Positions 1 to 8,892 of a DNA stretch of 64,000 bases are shown here, piece after piece. The notes beneath the pieces were generated by a model. That model made no database searches. It was not told where the DNA came from and was given only the letters and a program-made list of their open reading frames with translations. The DNA comes from Vicinamibacterales bacterium (GTDB lineage: Bacteria; Acidobacteriota; Vicinamibacteria; Vicinamibacterales; UBA8438). Within the stretch, counting starts at the first letter, position 1, and every line of letters begins with the position of its first letter. The DNA is taken from contig OZ253457.1 in NCBI GenBank assembly GCA_965261285.1, forward strand, positions 2,857,396 to 2,921,395, in the 5' to 3' direction. The position numbers and the translations under genes are program-made.

Positions 1-129
1 CGGGACGGCCGCGACGTCGTCCGGGGCCGCTATCGTCAACTGGGCCCCGGCCCCGGCGGCGAAAGCGAGCGAGCAGGTTCCGGCCGCGAGCGCGGCCATC
101 AACGTCCTGGGGGTCATGAGTTTCATCAT
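1..129 (-). CDS. 5' fragment of an exported protein running off the left edge
   Basis: Minus-strand ATG at 129 (alternatives 126, 117) opens MMKLMTPRTLMAALAAGTCSLAFAAGAGAQ, which looks like a signal peptide. Only about 43 codons are visible and it is not in the ORF track. Confidence 0.3.
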   Translation of the reverse strand, partial: MMKLMTPRTLMAALAAGTCSLAFAAGAGAQLTIAAPDDVAAVP

Positions 130-178
130 GGCGCAGATCCTACCCTCTGGGCGCCCGCGGCAAAAGCCCCGCGAGGGT

Positions 179-931
179 CTACCGGCGATGCGCATCCCCG
201 GGCCGCGGCCCGGTTCGCGGCGGTTCTTCGGAGGTAGTAGCCCAGCCGCGCCCTCGGCCGGTCCGCCCCACCACGACGGCGATGGTGGCCTCGTGCCAGA
301 TGCACTCCGCCTCGAAGCCCGCCTCCCGCATCGCCGCCAGCTCCTCGTCGAGGGGAAAGTAGGTGTCCTCCTCCGCCCACTCCTCGAGGTGCTCGAAGGC
401 GCGCGCCTCGTCGATGCCGCACGCCGTCATGTGGTCGACCCAGAGGCGGCGGGCCGCCTCCCGCCCCGCCGGGTCGGCCGGCATCGTCGCATCGGCGTTC
501 ACGAAGATGCCGCCGGGCCGGATCGCGGCGCGGATTCGCCCGTACAGGGCCCGCTTCTCCGCCATCTTCGGGATGTGGTGCAGGGCCAGCGACGCCGCCG
601 CCCCGTCGCACCGCGGCAGCGGGTCGAGGAACGACATCTCGCGAACCCGGACGCGCCCCCCGAAGCGCGCGAGCCGCCTGCGGGCCTGCGCGAGCATCTC
701 GGGATCCACGTCGATCAGCTCCACCGTCCGCGCGGCGCCGTGCGCGAGGATCGCCTCGGACAGCGCGCCGGTGCCGGCCCCAAGATCGATGACGCGGTCC
801 GGACCGCTGGCGGCAAGGGTCCCGGCGACCACCTCAAGCATCGCCTCGTAGCCCGGAATGAACCGGCGGATGGTCTCGTCGTAGGCCGCCGTCTCGATGC
901 GCAGGTGACGCCTGACCGAGTGGGTGGACAT
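179..931 (-). CDS. class I SAM-dependent methyltransferase
   Basis: SAM-binding motif VIDLGAGTGALS, acidic loop IDVDPEM and later PGGIFVNAD. The internal Met (MSTHSVRR) at 931 is preferred over the ORF start at 988. Confidence 0.85.
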   Translation of the reverse strand: MSTHSVRRHLRIETAAYDETIRRFIPGYEAMLEVVAGTLAASGPDRVIDLGAGTGALSEAILAHGAARTVELIDVDPEMLAQARRRLARFGGRVRVREMSFLDPLPRCDGAAASLALHHIPKMAEKRALYGRIRAAIRPGGIFVNADATMPADPAGREAARRLWVDHMTACGIDEARAFEHLEEWAEEDTYFPLDEELAAMREAGFEAECIWHEATIAVVVGRTGRGRGWATTSEEPPRTGPRPGDAHRR

Positions 932-1107
932 CGAACGGGCTCGGGCAACGGGGCGCCTGACCGCCCCACCTCGCCGACAGGTTACCACTCCGAAGCGGCG
1001 TCATGGCCTCGCCCACGGCCGGGTGCTGCCGGCGCGGGCGGGGTCGACGGCGGAAGGTGCGTCCTTCGGACCGGGGAGACGGCCGACGGCGACGGCGCGT
1101 GGCGAGG

Positions 1108-1347
1108 CATGAGGCCACCGGGCAGCGGGTCGGGACGCCGCCTGCTCCAAAGCGGGCCACAGGTCCTCGATGGCGCGTCGCGGGCAGCATGAAGCCGCCG
1201 GTCGGCGGGTCAGGACGCCCCCTGCTCCAAGGCGGGCCACAGGTCGTCGATGGCGCGTCGCGGGCGGCATGAAGCCGCCGGTCGGCGGGTCAGGACGCTG
1301 CCTGCTCGGGGGCCGGGAACAGATCCTCGATGGAGCAGCCGAAGTAG
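1108..1347. repeat. 3 x 80-bp tandem echo of the 3' end of the XRE gene
   Basis: The anchor string catgaagccgccgg / catgaggccaccgg recurs at 1108, 1188 and 1268. The functional stop (tca, 1290) is echoed at 1210, and at 1130 it has decayed to tcg. Confidence 0.9.
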
Positions 1348-1562
1348 TTCGCGAACTTCCTCGCGTTGTCGACGGTGATGGTCTGATACCGGCAGCGCGC
1401 CACGTCGCTGACGTAGGGCTGCGGGAACCCCAGCGCCGCCGCCACGGCCCCCTGGGTCACGCCGGCGAGGGCAATCGCCTTGGCCACGCGGTTGCGGCCC
1501 GGCTCCTCGCGCAGGGCGGCGAGCTGTTGCGGCGTCAACATCGTGTCGAAAATATACGCCAT
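1290..1562 (-). CDS. XRE/Cro-like helix-turn-helix transcriptional regulator
   Basis: HTH core AKAIALAGVTQGAVAAALGFPQPYVSDVARCR. Start taken at Met15 of the 104-aa ORF. It is divergent to the CI-like gene. Confidence 0.8.
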   Translation of the reverse strand: MAYIFDTMLTPQQLAALREEPGRNRVAKAIALAGVTQGAVAAALGFPQPYVSDVARCRYQTITVDNARKFANYFGCSIEDLFPAPEQAAS

Positions 1563-1662
1563 GGGCCGTATCCGTGCAATCGTTATTCGCTCACGCGATA
1601 ACATGCTGACTCCATTGAACTACGTGTTTACACGTGTCGCGTCCATACGGTACCCTGACACC
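1563..1662. promoter_or_regulatory. divergent promoter/operator region of the Cro/CI-like pair
   Basis: Locally AT-richer spacer. It holds the near-palindrome gttattcgc-tcac-gcgataac (1582-1602), the palindrome acacgtgt (1630-1637) and the direct repeat acgtgt (1622, 1632). Confidence 0.4.
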
Positions 1663-2343
1663 GTGTCGCTGGGAGAGAACATCAAGCAGTTGCGCATGGC
1701 GGCGGGGATCTCGACCCAGAGGGCCCTGGCGGACCGGCTGCACGTCCCGCAGCCCCAGGTGTCCGACTGGGAGAACGACCGCTACGGGACCCTCGAGACG
1801 CAGACGCTGATGAAGCTGGCGAAGGTCCTCCGATGCACCATCGACCAGTTGCTGGACGGCGTCGACCCCGACTACGACCGGGTCCGCGAGGCGCGGGAGG
1901 CCGCCGACTTCCGGCCCGAACGCATCGACTACGGGACCGACGCGGCCGGCAGCATTCCGCTGGTGGCGGAAGGCTCGGCCGCGCCGGCGGGGATGCCCTG
2001 GACGGGCGCGGCCCCGCCGCCGGGCGAGATCGAGCGGTGGATACCGCGCCCCCGCGACGTGGAGGACCCGGGCGCCTACGGGGTCCACGTTCGCGGCGAC
2101 GCCATGGCGCCCGCGTACCCGCCGCACACCATCGCCATCGTCACCCCCGGCCGCCGCGTGCAGGACGGCGACGAGGCCTACGTGCAGCTCGCGCCGGACG
2201 AGCGGCTGATTCGGCTGGTGCGGAAGACGCGGGGCGGCTACCTGCTCGAATCGTACAACCACGCCTACCCGGCCCGCGTCGTGGCGCGCAGGGACGTGCT
2301 GTCGATGCACGTCATCCTCTACTCCCGCCGACGGGACTTCTGA
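1603..2343 (+). CDS. LexA/CI-like repressor (XRE HTH plus S24 peptidase-like domain with Ser-to-Ala in the catalytic motif)
   Basis: N-terminal HTH LGENIKQLRMAAGISTQRALADRLHVPQPQVSDWE. C-terminal S24-like VHVRGDAMAPAY ... ERLIRLVRK. Start is ATG 1603 or the in-frame GTG 1663. Confidence 0.85.
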   Translation: MLTPLNYVFTRVASIRYPDTVSLGENIKQLRMAAGISTQRALADRLHVPQPQVSDWENDRYGTLETQTLMKLAKVLRCTIDQLLDGVDPDYDRVREAREAADFRPERIDYGTDAAGSIPLVAEGSAAPAGMPWTGAAPPPGEIERWIPRPRDVEDPGAYGVHVRGDAMAPAYPPHTIAIVTPGRRVQDGDEAYVQLAPDERLIRLVRKTRGGYLLESYNHAYPARVVARRDVLSMHVILYSRRRDF

Positions 2344-2735
2344 CCGGCGCCGCCCGCGCTCCGCCGGCCGCACCCCTCGTCCGGCCGGGTGCACCTCGGA
2401 TTCCCGAGACGACGTACCTGCACGGTCGGGCCGGCGATTCCGGCGTAGTGTCCGGCGGTCTCGCTGCCTGGTCGTCCACCCCTGACGGCGGGTGCGCGAC
2501 AGGAAATGAGACCCCGCCGAGAACGACGTCGGAATCCCCGGCCCGACCGGTGCCGGACGGTCATCTCACGATGGTGCCGAGCACCCTGACGGCGCTCCGA
2601 TTTCGCTCGCCCCGCCAAGCCGATCTACGATTATCGGATCGACCCGCGAGGCGCGCAGGCTCCCGGAGGGCGGGAATGCGGCGGCCGCGGCAAGGGGCTC
2701 GATGGACTCGGCCGCCCCGAAGGAGAAACCGCGTG

Positions 2736-3731
2736 ATGAGTGAACGAGAGCCGCAGGCCAGCCCCGCGAGCGATTGGGTGTCGTACCGCCCCGAGATCAA
2801 GGTGCTCGACTGCACCATTCGGGACGGCGGCCTGATGAACGACCACCAGTTCGGCGACGAGACGGTGCGGGCGGTGTATCAGGCGTGCGTCGAGAGCGGC
2901 ATCGACTACATGGAGATCGGCTACATCAACTCGCGCCGGCAGTTTCCCTCGGGGCAGTTCGGCCCGTGGAAGCACTGCGTCGAGAGCGACGTCCGCCGCA
3001 TCGTCGGCGACAACGACACCGGCCTGAAGCTGTCGGCGATGGCCGACGCCGAGAAGAGCGACTACCGCGAGGACATCCTGCCGAAGTCCGAGAGCGTCCT
3101 CGACATGATTCGGGTCGCCACCTACATCCACCAGATCCCCCTCGCCCTCGACATGATCAAGCACGCCCACGACCAAGGCTACGAGACGAGCCTCAACCTG
3201 ATGGCGTTGTCGACGGTGCCCGACCGCGAGCTCAACGAGGCGCTGGCCCTGGTGGCGAAGTCGGAGGCCGACACGATCTGCATCGTCGACAGCTTCGGGG
3301 CGCTGTACGCCGAGCAGATCGACAGCTACATGGACACGTTCCTGGGCTACGCGGCCCCGGCCGGGAAGGCGGTGGGGATGCACGCCCACAACAACCGCCA
3401 GCTCGCGTTCGCCAACACCATCCAGGCGACCATCAAGGGCGCCAACCGGCTCGACGGGAGCATGGCGGGGCTGGGCCGCGGCGCCGGCAACTGCCCGATG
3501 GAGCTGCTGCTCAGCTTCCTGCACAACCCCAAGTTCCGCCTGCGCCCGGTGCTGCACTGCATCCAGCACCACATCGAGCCGATGCGCGAAGCGCTGAAGT
3601 GGGGCTTCGACTATCCCTACATGATGACCGGGGTGCTCAACCAGCACCCGCGGGCGGGGATGGCCTTCAACGAGTCGGAGGACCGCGGCGACATCATCAA
3701 GTTCTACGACTCGCTGGAAGACCCGGACTGA
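2736..3731 (+). CDS. HMGL-like / pyruvate carboxyltransferase-fold (DRE-TIM) aldolase family protein
   Basis: RBS aaggag lies upstream of ATG 2736. Motifs CTIRDGG, MHAHNN and GAGNCPME are present. The upstream 300 codons of the 632-aa ORF are Arg/Pro-rich GC artefact. Confidence 0.85.
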   Translation: MSEREPQASPASDWVSYRPEIKVLDCTIRDGGLMNDHQFGDETVRAVYQACVESGIDYMEIGYINSRRQFPSGQFGPWKHCVESDVRRIVGDNDTGLKLSAMADAEKSDYREDILPKSESVLDMIRVATYIHQIPLALDMIKHAHDQGYETSLNLMALSTVPDRELNEALALVAKSEADTICIVDSFGALYAEQIDSYMDTFLGYAAPAGKAVGMHAHNNRQLAFANTIQATIKGANRLDGSMAGLGRGAGNCPMELLLSFLHNPKFRLRPVLHCIQHHIEPMREALKWGFDYPYMMTGVLNQHPRAGMAFNESEDRGDIIKFYDSLEDPD

Positions 3732-3839
3732 TTCCGCCGGCAAGACCCCGCGACGGCCGGCCCGGACTCCCCGAAGGCCGGTCGCCGCGCGGATCCGTGC
3801 TCCACGGGGCGTAGCCGTCCGCCGACAGGCGCCGGCGGC

Positions 3840-3881
3840 GGCGGTACGGCATCGGGACTCGGCGCCCGATGCCGTACCGCC
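3840..3881. terminator. perfect 17-bp-stem hairpin between convergent genes
   Basis: ggcggtacggcatcggg (3840-3856), 8-nt loop, cccgatgccgtaccgcc (3865-3881). No U-tract, so it may act as a bidirectional terminator or RNA stabiliser. Confidence 0.55.
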
Positions 3882-3883
3882 GC

Positions 3884-4109
3884 GAAGGCCGCCGGCGGCG
3901 CCGCAACATCAAGGCTTGTCGGCGAGCAGGCCCCAGTGCCGCCCCGCCCGGTCGAGAATGGCCGGCAGGTCGTCGGGCCGGCAGGTAGCGGCCGGCGAAG
4001 GCCGCCGGCGGCGGCGCAGCATCAAGGCTTGTCGGCGAGCAGGTCCCAGTGCCGCCCCGCCCGGTCGAGGATGGCAGCCAAGTCGTCGGCCAGCAGGTAG
4101 CGGCCGGCG
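3884..4109. repeat. 2 x 113-bp tandem echo of the 3' end of the secreted hydrolase gene
   Basis: The unit gaaggccgccggcggcg...tcaaggcttgtcggcgagcagg starts at 3884 and 3997. Stop codons sit at 3909 (echo) and 4022 (functional). The echo still encodes DDLPAILDRAGRHWGLLADKP versus DDLAAILDRAGRHWDLLADKP. Confidence 0.9.
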
Positions 4110-5683
4110 ACCAGCGCGTGCCCGACCGCCTCGACCTTCTCCATGAACTCGCCGCGCGACGCGTAGCGCTCCTCGATGGACGGCCGCGGGTCGCCCGCCG
4201 CCTCGCGCTCGGCGCGGGTGGCCGCGAACGGCACGTAGGACCCGGCGAGGGCCACCAGCGTGTCGGGGTCGCCGGCGTCCGGGTGGGTGAAGTTCCACCC
4301 GGTGTAGGTGGCCAGGGGCACCGCCACCTCCGGGTGCACGATGCCGGAGGTTTCGTTGCCGTCGGCGTCGACGGCGGGCACGAGCATCGGCAGCGGCACC
4401 CCGGCGTCGTCGGCCCCGGCCAGCCACGGGTTCCTCACGCGCACGCCGCCGGTGCGGTCCTCGGGCGACCGCACGCCGGGGATGGCCGGAAACCCGAGGT
4501 CGCCCGGCGGCACGAGGTTGCCGTCGGCGAACCGGGGATGGCGGCTGGCGGGCGGCTCGACCCCGTCGACGACCCAGTCCTTCAGCGAGGTCAGCAGCGC
4601 CCGCATGTTCCACCAGTAGTCGGTGGGGTTGCCCATCTCCTGCCGGTTGCCCGGCTCGGGCGGCGGGAACGGGCCGGGACCGTGCTGGGTGCCGGCGAGC
4701 AGGTAGAAGCGCACGTTGTCCTGCAGGTCGATGTCGGCCTCGCCGTCCGGCGTGGCGTGCACGAGGGCGGTCACCCGGCCGCCGCCCCAGTACTCAACGC
4801 CGGTGTTGGTGTAGAGGATGCGGGGCTGGTTGTCCCGGCTGCGCTCGTTCCCGAGGGTGCCGTCGACGGCCCCCGTCACCGGGTCGCGGAGGGCGGCGTC
4901 GGCGAAGGGGAACGACGTGGCGTCGAACATGCCGAGCGAGATGGGGTTCGCGCCGGGCTGGTTGAGGTCGAGCCGCGACGCCCCCGCGATGTGCGGGATC
5001 ATGCCGTCGAAGACCCGCCGCCCCTCGGTGTCGGTGTTGAAGCCGAGGTAGAGGAACGTGCGCAGGAAGCGGCCGCTCTGCGACGAGCCGAACGACAGCG
5101 CGTGCCCGGCCGAGACGACGGCGTCGGGGTCGTGCTTGATCCACGATGCGGTGTCGCGCACGGCGGCGAAGCCGAGCCCGCCGACCGGGTCCCCGTCCAC
5201 CGAGGGCACGGCGAAGCGGATGGGACGGCCCTCGGGCACGTCGAACTCCCAGCCGACCCACACCACGGTGTAGCCCGCCTTCATGAGGAACCCGTCGCCG
5301 TACGGTCCGCTGCCGCCGCGGTTGAACCCGAGCGCGGTCAGGCGGCCGCGGTTGGCGATGTCCACCAGCACCACGCCGTTCCCGCGCTCGGGGTCGGCGG
5401 GGGCGAGGATGCGCAGGTCGCCGGTGGCCTCGACCAGGCCGTCCGCGTTGACGGGCGCGCGGTCGAGGTTGGCGATGACCTGGTTCCGCGGATCGGCGGG
5501 GTCGACGGCGAAGGTGATGCGGCCCGCGATCAGCTCGTAGGGGCCGGCGTCGCCGAACGCGCGGCCGTCCTCGATGAGGGCGCGTTCGGTGATCTCGACC
5601 GACGAGACGTCGGCCCGCGCCGCCGCCGGCGCGAGCAGAGCGAGGGTCAGAACGGTTGCAAGAAAACGGTACGTCGACTTCAT
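4022..5683 (-). CDS. secreted alpha/beta-hydrolase-domain protein (uncharacterised family)
   Basis: Signal peptide MKSTYRFLATVLTLALLAPAAARA. The N-terminus VSSVEITERA..FGDAGPYELIAGRITFAVDP resembles the secreted alpha/beta hydrolase domain family as I recall it. The ORF is coherent over 553 aa. Confidence 0.7.
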   Translation of the reverse strand: MKSTYRFLATVLTLALLAPAAARADVSSVEITERALIEDGRAFGDAGPYELIAGRITFAVDPADPRNQVIANLDRAPVNADGLVEATGDLRILAPADPERGNGVVLVDIANRGRLTALGFNRGGSGPYGDGFLMKAGYTVVWVGWEFDVPEGRPIRFAVPSVDGDPVGGLGFAAVRDTASWIKHDPDAVVSAGHALSFGSSQSGRFLRTFLYLGFNTDTEGRRVFDGMIPHIAGASRLDLNQPGANPISLGMFDATSFPFADAALRDPVTGAVDGTLGNERSRDNQPRILYTNTGVEYWGGGRVTALVHATPDGEADIDLQDNVRFYLLAGTQHGPGPFPPPEPGNRQEMGNPTDYWWNMRALLTSLKDWVVDGVEPPASRHPRFADGNLVPPGDLGFPAIPGVRSPEDRTGGVRVRNPWLAGADDAGVPLPMLVPAVDADGNETSGIVHPEVAVPLATYTGWNFTHPDAGDPDTLVALAGSYVPFAATRAEREAAGDPRPSIEERYASRGEFMEKVEAVGHALVAGRYLLADDLAAILDRAGRHWDLLADKP

Positions 5684-5726
5684 GGCGATGGGTTCCCTTC
5701 GATGCGTTGAACGTTCCTCTACCGCG

Positions 5727-6734
5727 CTACTGCTGCTGCGCGTCCGCGAGCTCCTCGGCGCGCGACCCCGCGAGGATGTTCGTCAGGCCGTAGTTCCCCT
5801 CGTGGCAGGCGTACTCGTACATCTGCCCGTCGAGGCGCGACATGGGCAGCGACCCGCTCCACGGCCGCGTCCACGTGTTGGGGTCGGTCACCGTGAACTC
5901 GTAGCCGAGGGTGTCGGGGCCGAGCCGCGTGAAGCGCTCGACGACGTGGAGGTCGGTGCTGAGGTTGCCGTTGAAGTTGCGGATGAACGCGTGCCGGTTG
6001 AAGTTGGTGGTCTCGACCACGAGGGTGTCCCCCTCCCAGCGGCCCCGCGAGTCGCCGGCGAACTGGCGGATCTTCCCCGGCACGTGGGGTCGCCCGTCGA
6101 GGGGGATGAAGCGGGTGTCGTGGATGTGCTCCTGCAGGATCGCCACCATGTCCGGCGTCTGCACGATGTGGTAGTTGTTGTTGTAGCCGGTGGGGAACGA
6201 CGGGATGCCGCGGTACCAGAGGCAGCGGTCCCCCAGGTCGAGCTGCTCGTACGTCTCGACCGGCTCCTGGCCGCCGCGCATCCGCGCGATGCGCCGCGCC
6301 TCGGCCGAGCTCATCCGGGCCTCCATCTCCGGGGTCAGCGGCGGCAGCCGGCCGTCCTCCGGATCGACGATGATCGAGGTTCGCCGGTCGGGCACCACCG
6401 ACGTGCCCCGCTCCATCCAGAAGTTGTTGTAGGCCCCCACGTTGCCGCCCGCCTCGGTGCGCCGGGCCGGCGCGGTCAGCAGGTCCGCGTTCCGTTGGAC
6501 CGTGCTCTGCGCGAGGCCGGCCGCCTCCTCCTCGGTCAGGAACGCCCGGTCCGCGAGGTCCGCGGGACGCTGCAGCGGGGTCAGGGTGGCGTTGTTCCAG
6601 ATGCCCCCCAGGTCGGGGTCGCCCCATGCCGTTCGAAGCGACGGCGGCTCCCCGGACGTCTGCCCCGGGGCGGCGGGCGGAGCCAGCATCGCCGCGAGCG
6701 CGACGGTCACGACGGCGAGAGATAGACGACTCAT
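5727..6734 (-). CDS. secreted protein, paralog family A (function unknown), copy 1
   Basis: Signal peptide MSRLSLAVVTVALAAMLAPPAAPG. Shares the blocks RTSIIVDPEDGRLP, YNNNYHIVQTPDMVAILQEHIHDTRFIPLDGRPH, GDSRGRWEGDTLVVETTNF, VVERFTR and YEYACHEGNY with 47077-48069 and 51019-52122. Confidence 0.8.
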   Translation of the reverse strand: MSRLSLAVVTVALAAMLAPPAAPGQTSGEPPSLRTAWGDPDLGGIWNNATLTPLQRPADLADRAFLTEEEAAGLAQSTVQRNADLLTAPARRTEAGGNVGAYNNFWMERGTSVVPDRRTSIIVDPEDGRLPPLTPEMEARMSSAEARRIARMRGGQEPVETYEQLDLGDRCLWYRGIPSFPTGYNNNYHIVQTPDMVAILQEHIHDTRFIPLDGRPHVPGKIRQFAGDSRGRWEGDTLVVETTNFNRHAFIRNFNGNLSTDLHVVERFTRLGPDTLGYEFTVTDPNTWTRPWSGSLPMSRLDGQMYEYACHEGNYGLTNILAGSRAEELADAQQQ

Positions 6735-6848
6735 GTCACCCTCCTGTCGATACGGATCTTCCCGACACTTCTCGACGCGTCAATGATGGCCCCGAACCGG
6801 ATCTCGCGCAAGCGGCGCCCGGCGCCCGACGCGGGCGGGAGCACAGGG

Positions 6849-7385
6849 TCACAAGATGATGCTCAGCGCGCCGTGGTCGGACAGGGCCTCGTGGTCCAGA
6901 ACCGCGCGCTTGCGGCTCAGGCGCAGGCGCCCGTCGACCCGGCGCAGGCGCACGTCGTAGCGGCCGACGAAGGGAGCGGACTCGCCGGCGCGGAAACGCC
7001 AGATGGCCGCAGTGGCGGTGGCCTCGACCTCATCGCCGTCCACCCCGGTCACCATGACGTTGGAGATTGAGCGGCGGGTGCGCGACCAGGGGTATTCGCG
7101 GTGCGCGTGGCGGCTCTTCAGCCGGACGACCCGGGCCGCCATCCGGTCACGGTCGTCGTCGATGAACACCAGGTCCGTCAGCGGGTCTCCCTCGGGCAGG
7201 TCGGTCGTGGGCACCACGTAGCGGGCGTCCGGCGTGTACAGCGCCAGCCACGCGTCCAGGTTCCAATCGTCGAGCAGCCGCGCCTCGAGATAGAGCAACT
7301 GCTCGACCTCGTGCTGCAGCAGCAGCGAAGCGGCGTCGGCCGAGAGCCCGGCCGCGGACGGGGCGGGAGCCGGTCTGGTCGCCAT
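6849..7385 (-). CDS. aromatic-ring-hydroxylating dioxygenase beta subunit (NTF2/SnoaL-like)
   Basis: QHEVEQLLYLEARLLDDWNLDAWLALYTPDARYVVP ... RMAARVVRL is typical of small subunits. It lies directly downstream of the Rieske alpha gene. Start at Met27 (7385). Confidence 0.85.
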   Translation of the reverse strand: MATRPAPAPSAAGLSADAASLLLQHEVEQLLYLEARLLDDWNLDAWLALYTPDARYVVPTTDLPEGDPLTDLVFIDDDRDRMAARVVRLKSRHAHREYPWSRTRRSISNVMVTGVDGDEVEATATAAIWRFRAGESAPFVGRYDVRLRRVDGRLRLSRKRAVLDHEALSDHGALSIIL

Positions 7386-7470
7386 GCTCGGTGGGCTTCC
7401 CTCGCTCGTCGGGACTGGCCTGCCAATTCGTCGCCCGGGGGCTCCGCTAGGCACCCCATCCAATCCTACC

Positions 7471-7501
7471 GGAGTCCGCGCCGTTCTACCGCGCAGACTC
7501 C
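7471..7501. repeat. REP-like hairpin element (GGAGTCCGCGCC...GCGCAGAC family) containing the stop codon of the Rieske alpha gene
   Basis: ggagtccgcgccgttCTAccgcgcagactcc. The same motif occurs at 52377, 53461 and 53564, with a partial copy at 18461. Confidence 0.7.
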
Positions 7502-8835
7502 CGGTCGGCGGCCGCGGTCGGCTCCGGGGACGGGGCGGCTTCCGGGACCGCGCCGGGCGGCAGCCCCCGTTCGTACCGCTCGACGTGCGGTCTGCCCGTG
7601 ATGAGCGAGTGCCAGCGCCGCCAGAAGCTGCGCATCTGCAGCTCGTCGCTGCCCCGCGGCTCGCGGTGCATTCCCCGGGAGAGATCCGACCACTCGACGC
7701 CGCCCGAGCGGAATCCCTGCTGGCACGACTCGATGGCTTCGATGTCGTCCGGCGTGGCGAACCCGCCCGGCCCCAGGAAGGTCAGGAAGGAATCGAGGCG
7801 GCGGCGCAGCCTGACGCCGGCTTCTCCGGCGGGCGCCAGCTCCCACGCCGTCACGTCCATGCCGGCGGGGCCGGTGGGATGGAACGTCCGGATGGTGACG
7901 GCCATGATGTCGTTGACGACCAGATTGGGGAATATCACCAGGTTGCGGGTCTTCTCGCACATCCGCAGGGCCTTCTCGAGCCCGTGGCGGGCGACGATCT
8001 CCTCCTTGCTTCTCTCCATCTCGGCCTTGGCCTCCTCGCCGTAACTCGGATGCCACATGGCGATGGGCCGCCCGTAGACCGCGTCGTTCTCCATGACGCC
8101 GTGTCCGTTGCCGAGCGAACGGCCGACCCCCCGGCGGTTGCCGGCGGCCGTCGCGTCATCCCTGGCCGTGCCGGCCATGTAGTCGAAGAAGGTGCGGTGG
8201 GTGAACGGCGTATGGTAGCCGTCGACGCTGTTCTCGACCATCAGCTTCCAGTTGGCCTTGATGCTGTAGCGGTTCGAGCCGGGGATGACCCGCATGCCGC
8301 CGGGGTCCTGGTCGGCGACGAGGTCGAGGTACTCGGCGGCCCCGGCCAGGTACTCGCGCAGGGGTCCGGTCTCGCGGTCGAAGCAGACGAAGATGAAGCC
8401 GCGAAAGCTGTCGAAGCGCGGCGAACGCAGCCCCATCTCGCCGCGGTCGAAGTCCGGGCCGTAGCCCTCGACGTCGGGGACACCGATCAGCGCGCCCGAC
8501 GTGTCGAAGGTCCAGGCGTGGTAGAAGCACCGGAACGCCTCGGCGTTGCCGCGGTCCGTGCGGCAGACGAGGGCGCCCCGGTGGGGGCACGTGTTGTGGA
8601 ACACCGCCAGCTCGCCGTCCCGGGTGCGGGCGAAGAAAAGCGGGCGCTCGGCCACCACGCGCCGCGCGTAATCGCCGGGGTTCGGCACCTCCGATTCGTG
8701 CCCCAGGTAGAGCCAGCAGCGGTCGAAGATGCGCTGCCGCTCCAGCTCGTGGATCGCCGGCGACACCATGGCGGAGCGATGCACCCTGAACCTGCCCAGG
8801 TCGAGACGGTCGTAGACCAGACTGCCGACGTCCAT
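7486..8835 (-). CDS. Rieske [2Fe-2S] aromatic-ring-hydroxylating oxygenase alpha subunit
   Basis: Rieske motif CPHRG...CFYHAW, and a catalytic domain with NWKLMVENSVDGYH. Start MDVGSLVY at 8835. The N-terminal 580 codons of the 1034-aa ORF are artefact. Confidence 0.9.
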   Translation of the reverse strand: MDVGSLVYDRLDLGRFRVHRSAMVSPAIHELERQRIFDRCWLYLGHESEVPNPGDYARRVVAERPLFFARTRDGELAVFHNTCPHRGALVCRTDRGNAEAFRCFYHAWTFDTSGALIGVPDVEGYGPDFDRGEMGLRSPRFDSFRGFIFVCFDRETGPLREYLAGAAEYLDLVADQDPGGMRVIPGSNRYSIKANWKLMVENSVDGYHTPFTHRTFFDYMAGTARDDATAAGNRRGVGRSLGNGHGVMENDAVYGRPIAMWHPSYGEEAKAEMERSKEEIVARHGLEKALRMCEKTRNLVIFPNLVVNDIMAVTIRTFHPTGPAGMDVTAWELAPAGEAGVRLRRRLDSFLTFLGPGGFATPDDIEAIESCQQGFRSGGVEWSDLSRGMHREPRGSDELQMRSFWRRWHSLITGRPHVERYERGLPPGAVPEAAPSPEPTAAADRESAR

Positions 8836-8892
8836 GGCGCCTCCCTCTCCACCGGACCTCTTCACGCGTTCGCCTATGATAGGGCAGTCCAG

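Noticed and set aside
1833-2735. N-terminal 300 codons of the 632-aa ORF ending at 3731. Similar long N-terminal extensions occur at 7384-8892, 8836-10590, 33001-35529, 18282-20012 and 59556-60563.
   Set aside because: The extensions are Arg/Pro-rich and overlap other well-supported genes. The conserved domains start at internal Met/Val codons preceded by good RBS sequences.
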